Position numbers and translations under genes: made by a program | Assembly: GCA_963667035.1 (NCBI GenBank) | Contig: OY762964.1 | Span: forward strand, 1,120,001-1,184,000 | Origin: Candidatus Cloacimonadales bacterium | GTDB taxonomy: Bacteria; Cloacimonadota; Cloacimonadia; Cloacimonadales; JAFGVF01 | Direction: 5' to 3' | Length of the DNA stretch: 64,000 nucleotides | The notes under the pieces: model-generated | Database searches by the model: none | What the model was told of the DNA's origin: nothing | Seen by the model: the letters and a program-made list of their open reading frames with translations, nothing else | Shown here: one piece after another, positions 63,272 through 64,000 of the stretch | Position numbering within the stretch: position 1 is the stretch's first letter | Layout of the letters: the number at the start of each line of letters is the position of its first letter

Positions 63272-64000
63272 ATGAAAAGTATTAAAATAACAATTATGTT
63301 TATGTTGCAATTGCTGTTTTGGACTTCTATTTTGGGTTATGATGTCTCTGATTCAGAGATATCAGGTTTTAATTCTGTAACAACTATTGATGAATATAAG
63401 CTTAAAAGTGCTTGTCTAAGGTTACAGTTACACTCTTCGAATATCTATAATTGTAATTCGGTTACTAGTTATGACAATACTTCTATCAATGAGAATGGTA
63501 CCCCAAATGGATTAGGTACTTGGGGTAATGGATTGTTAACTAGAGTTGGTAAGAAAATTGGAACTGATGGAAGTATCATCTTTAATAATTCCGGATATGC
63601 TTCTTGGTATACAAACACATACAGCTATCATCCGCTAATTAGAGATTCTGCAAGAAGACTAATGCTGTACAATAACACTTTAAACTCAGATATAAGCATT
63701 ACAAACTACTTTGGAGTTAATAAATCAACTATTGAGAATTATGTTAAGAATGCTGTGCAATTCTTAATAGATGAGCAAATTAAGGATACAATAATACCAT
63801 ACTGTTATCCTGGCGGTTTCAGGCAATATATGAAAAGAACTCCTGTAAACAGTTCACAAAATCATACTTCACCTTATGCTTCAGGACAAGCAGTAAAAGC
63901 ACAATATGAATCATATTGCTATTATGAGAATACTTCATGGCCTTTAGGATTAAAAAAAGAAGATGTAATGGGGGCAATTATAACAGGAGCAAATTATCTA
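63272..64000 (+). CDS. Secreted protein of unknown function, 5' part only
   Basis: AAGGGG RBS, ATG at 63272, signal peptide MKSIKITIMFMLQLLFWTSILG and an open frame to the window end; AVQFLIDEQ...GGF resembles alpha/alpha-toroid repeats. Confidence 0.75.
   Translation, partial: MKSIKITIMFMLQLLFWTSILGYDVSDSEISGFNSVTTIDEYKLKSACLRLQLHSSNIYNCNSVTSYDNTSINENGTPNGLGTWGNGLLTRVGKKIGTDGSIIFNNSGYASWYTNTYSYHPLIRDSARRLMLYNNTLNSDISITNYFGVNKSTIENYVKNAVQFLIDEQIKDTIIPYCYPGGFRQYMKRTPVNSSQNHTSPYASGQAVKAQYESYCYYENTSWPLGLKKEDVMGAIITGANYL

Overview
AT-rich bacterial chromosome segment from an anaerobic, LPS-producing (diderm) organism. Gene content suggests Cloacimonadota or a relative; this is inferred from the fused lpxC-fabZ, secreted proteins with FlgD-Ig/T9SS-type C-terminal domains, methylmalonyl-CoA mutase, Fhs, a 2-oxoacid:ferredoxin oxidoreductase and a multimeric [FeFe]-hydrogenase. 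Most of the window is housekeeping or core metabolism: rho, queA, coaBC, mutAB, fhs, A2M-pbpC, hflX, vor, tRNA-Ala(GGC), lpx, folE2, uvrA, ftsY and hnd. The main hidden feature is at 22257-24125. The ORF track truncates this gene, which appears to encode a secreted 622-aa thioredoxin/Omp28-like protein with an in-frame TGA in a W-U-G-Y-C (UxxC) redox motif followed by a SECIS-like hairpin, making it a candidate extracellular selenoprotein. Other highlights: two families of dispersed ~100-bp intergenic elements built from inverted boxes spaced exactly 11 bp apart; a hydrogenase operon whose thioredoxin-like [2Fe-2S] modules have lost their Cys ligands and whose beta subunit carries non-bifurcating signatures; a probable non-AUG start for hflX; and several REP/IS remnants in the accessory intergenic regions. 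All protein family assignments come from motif recognition only; no database search was run.
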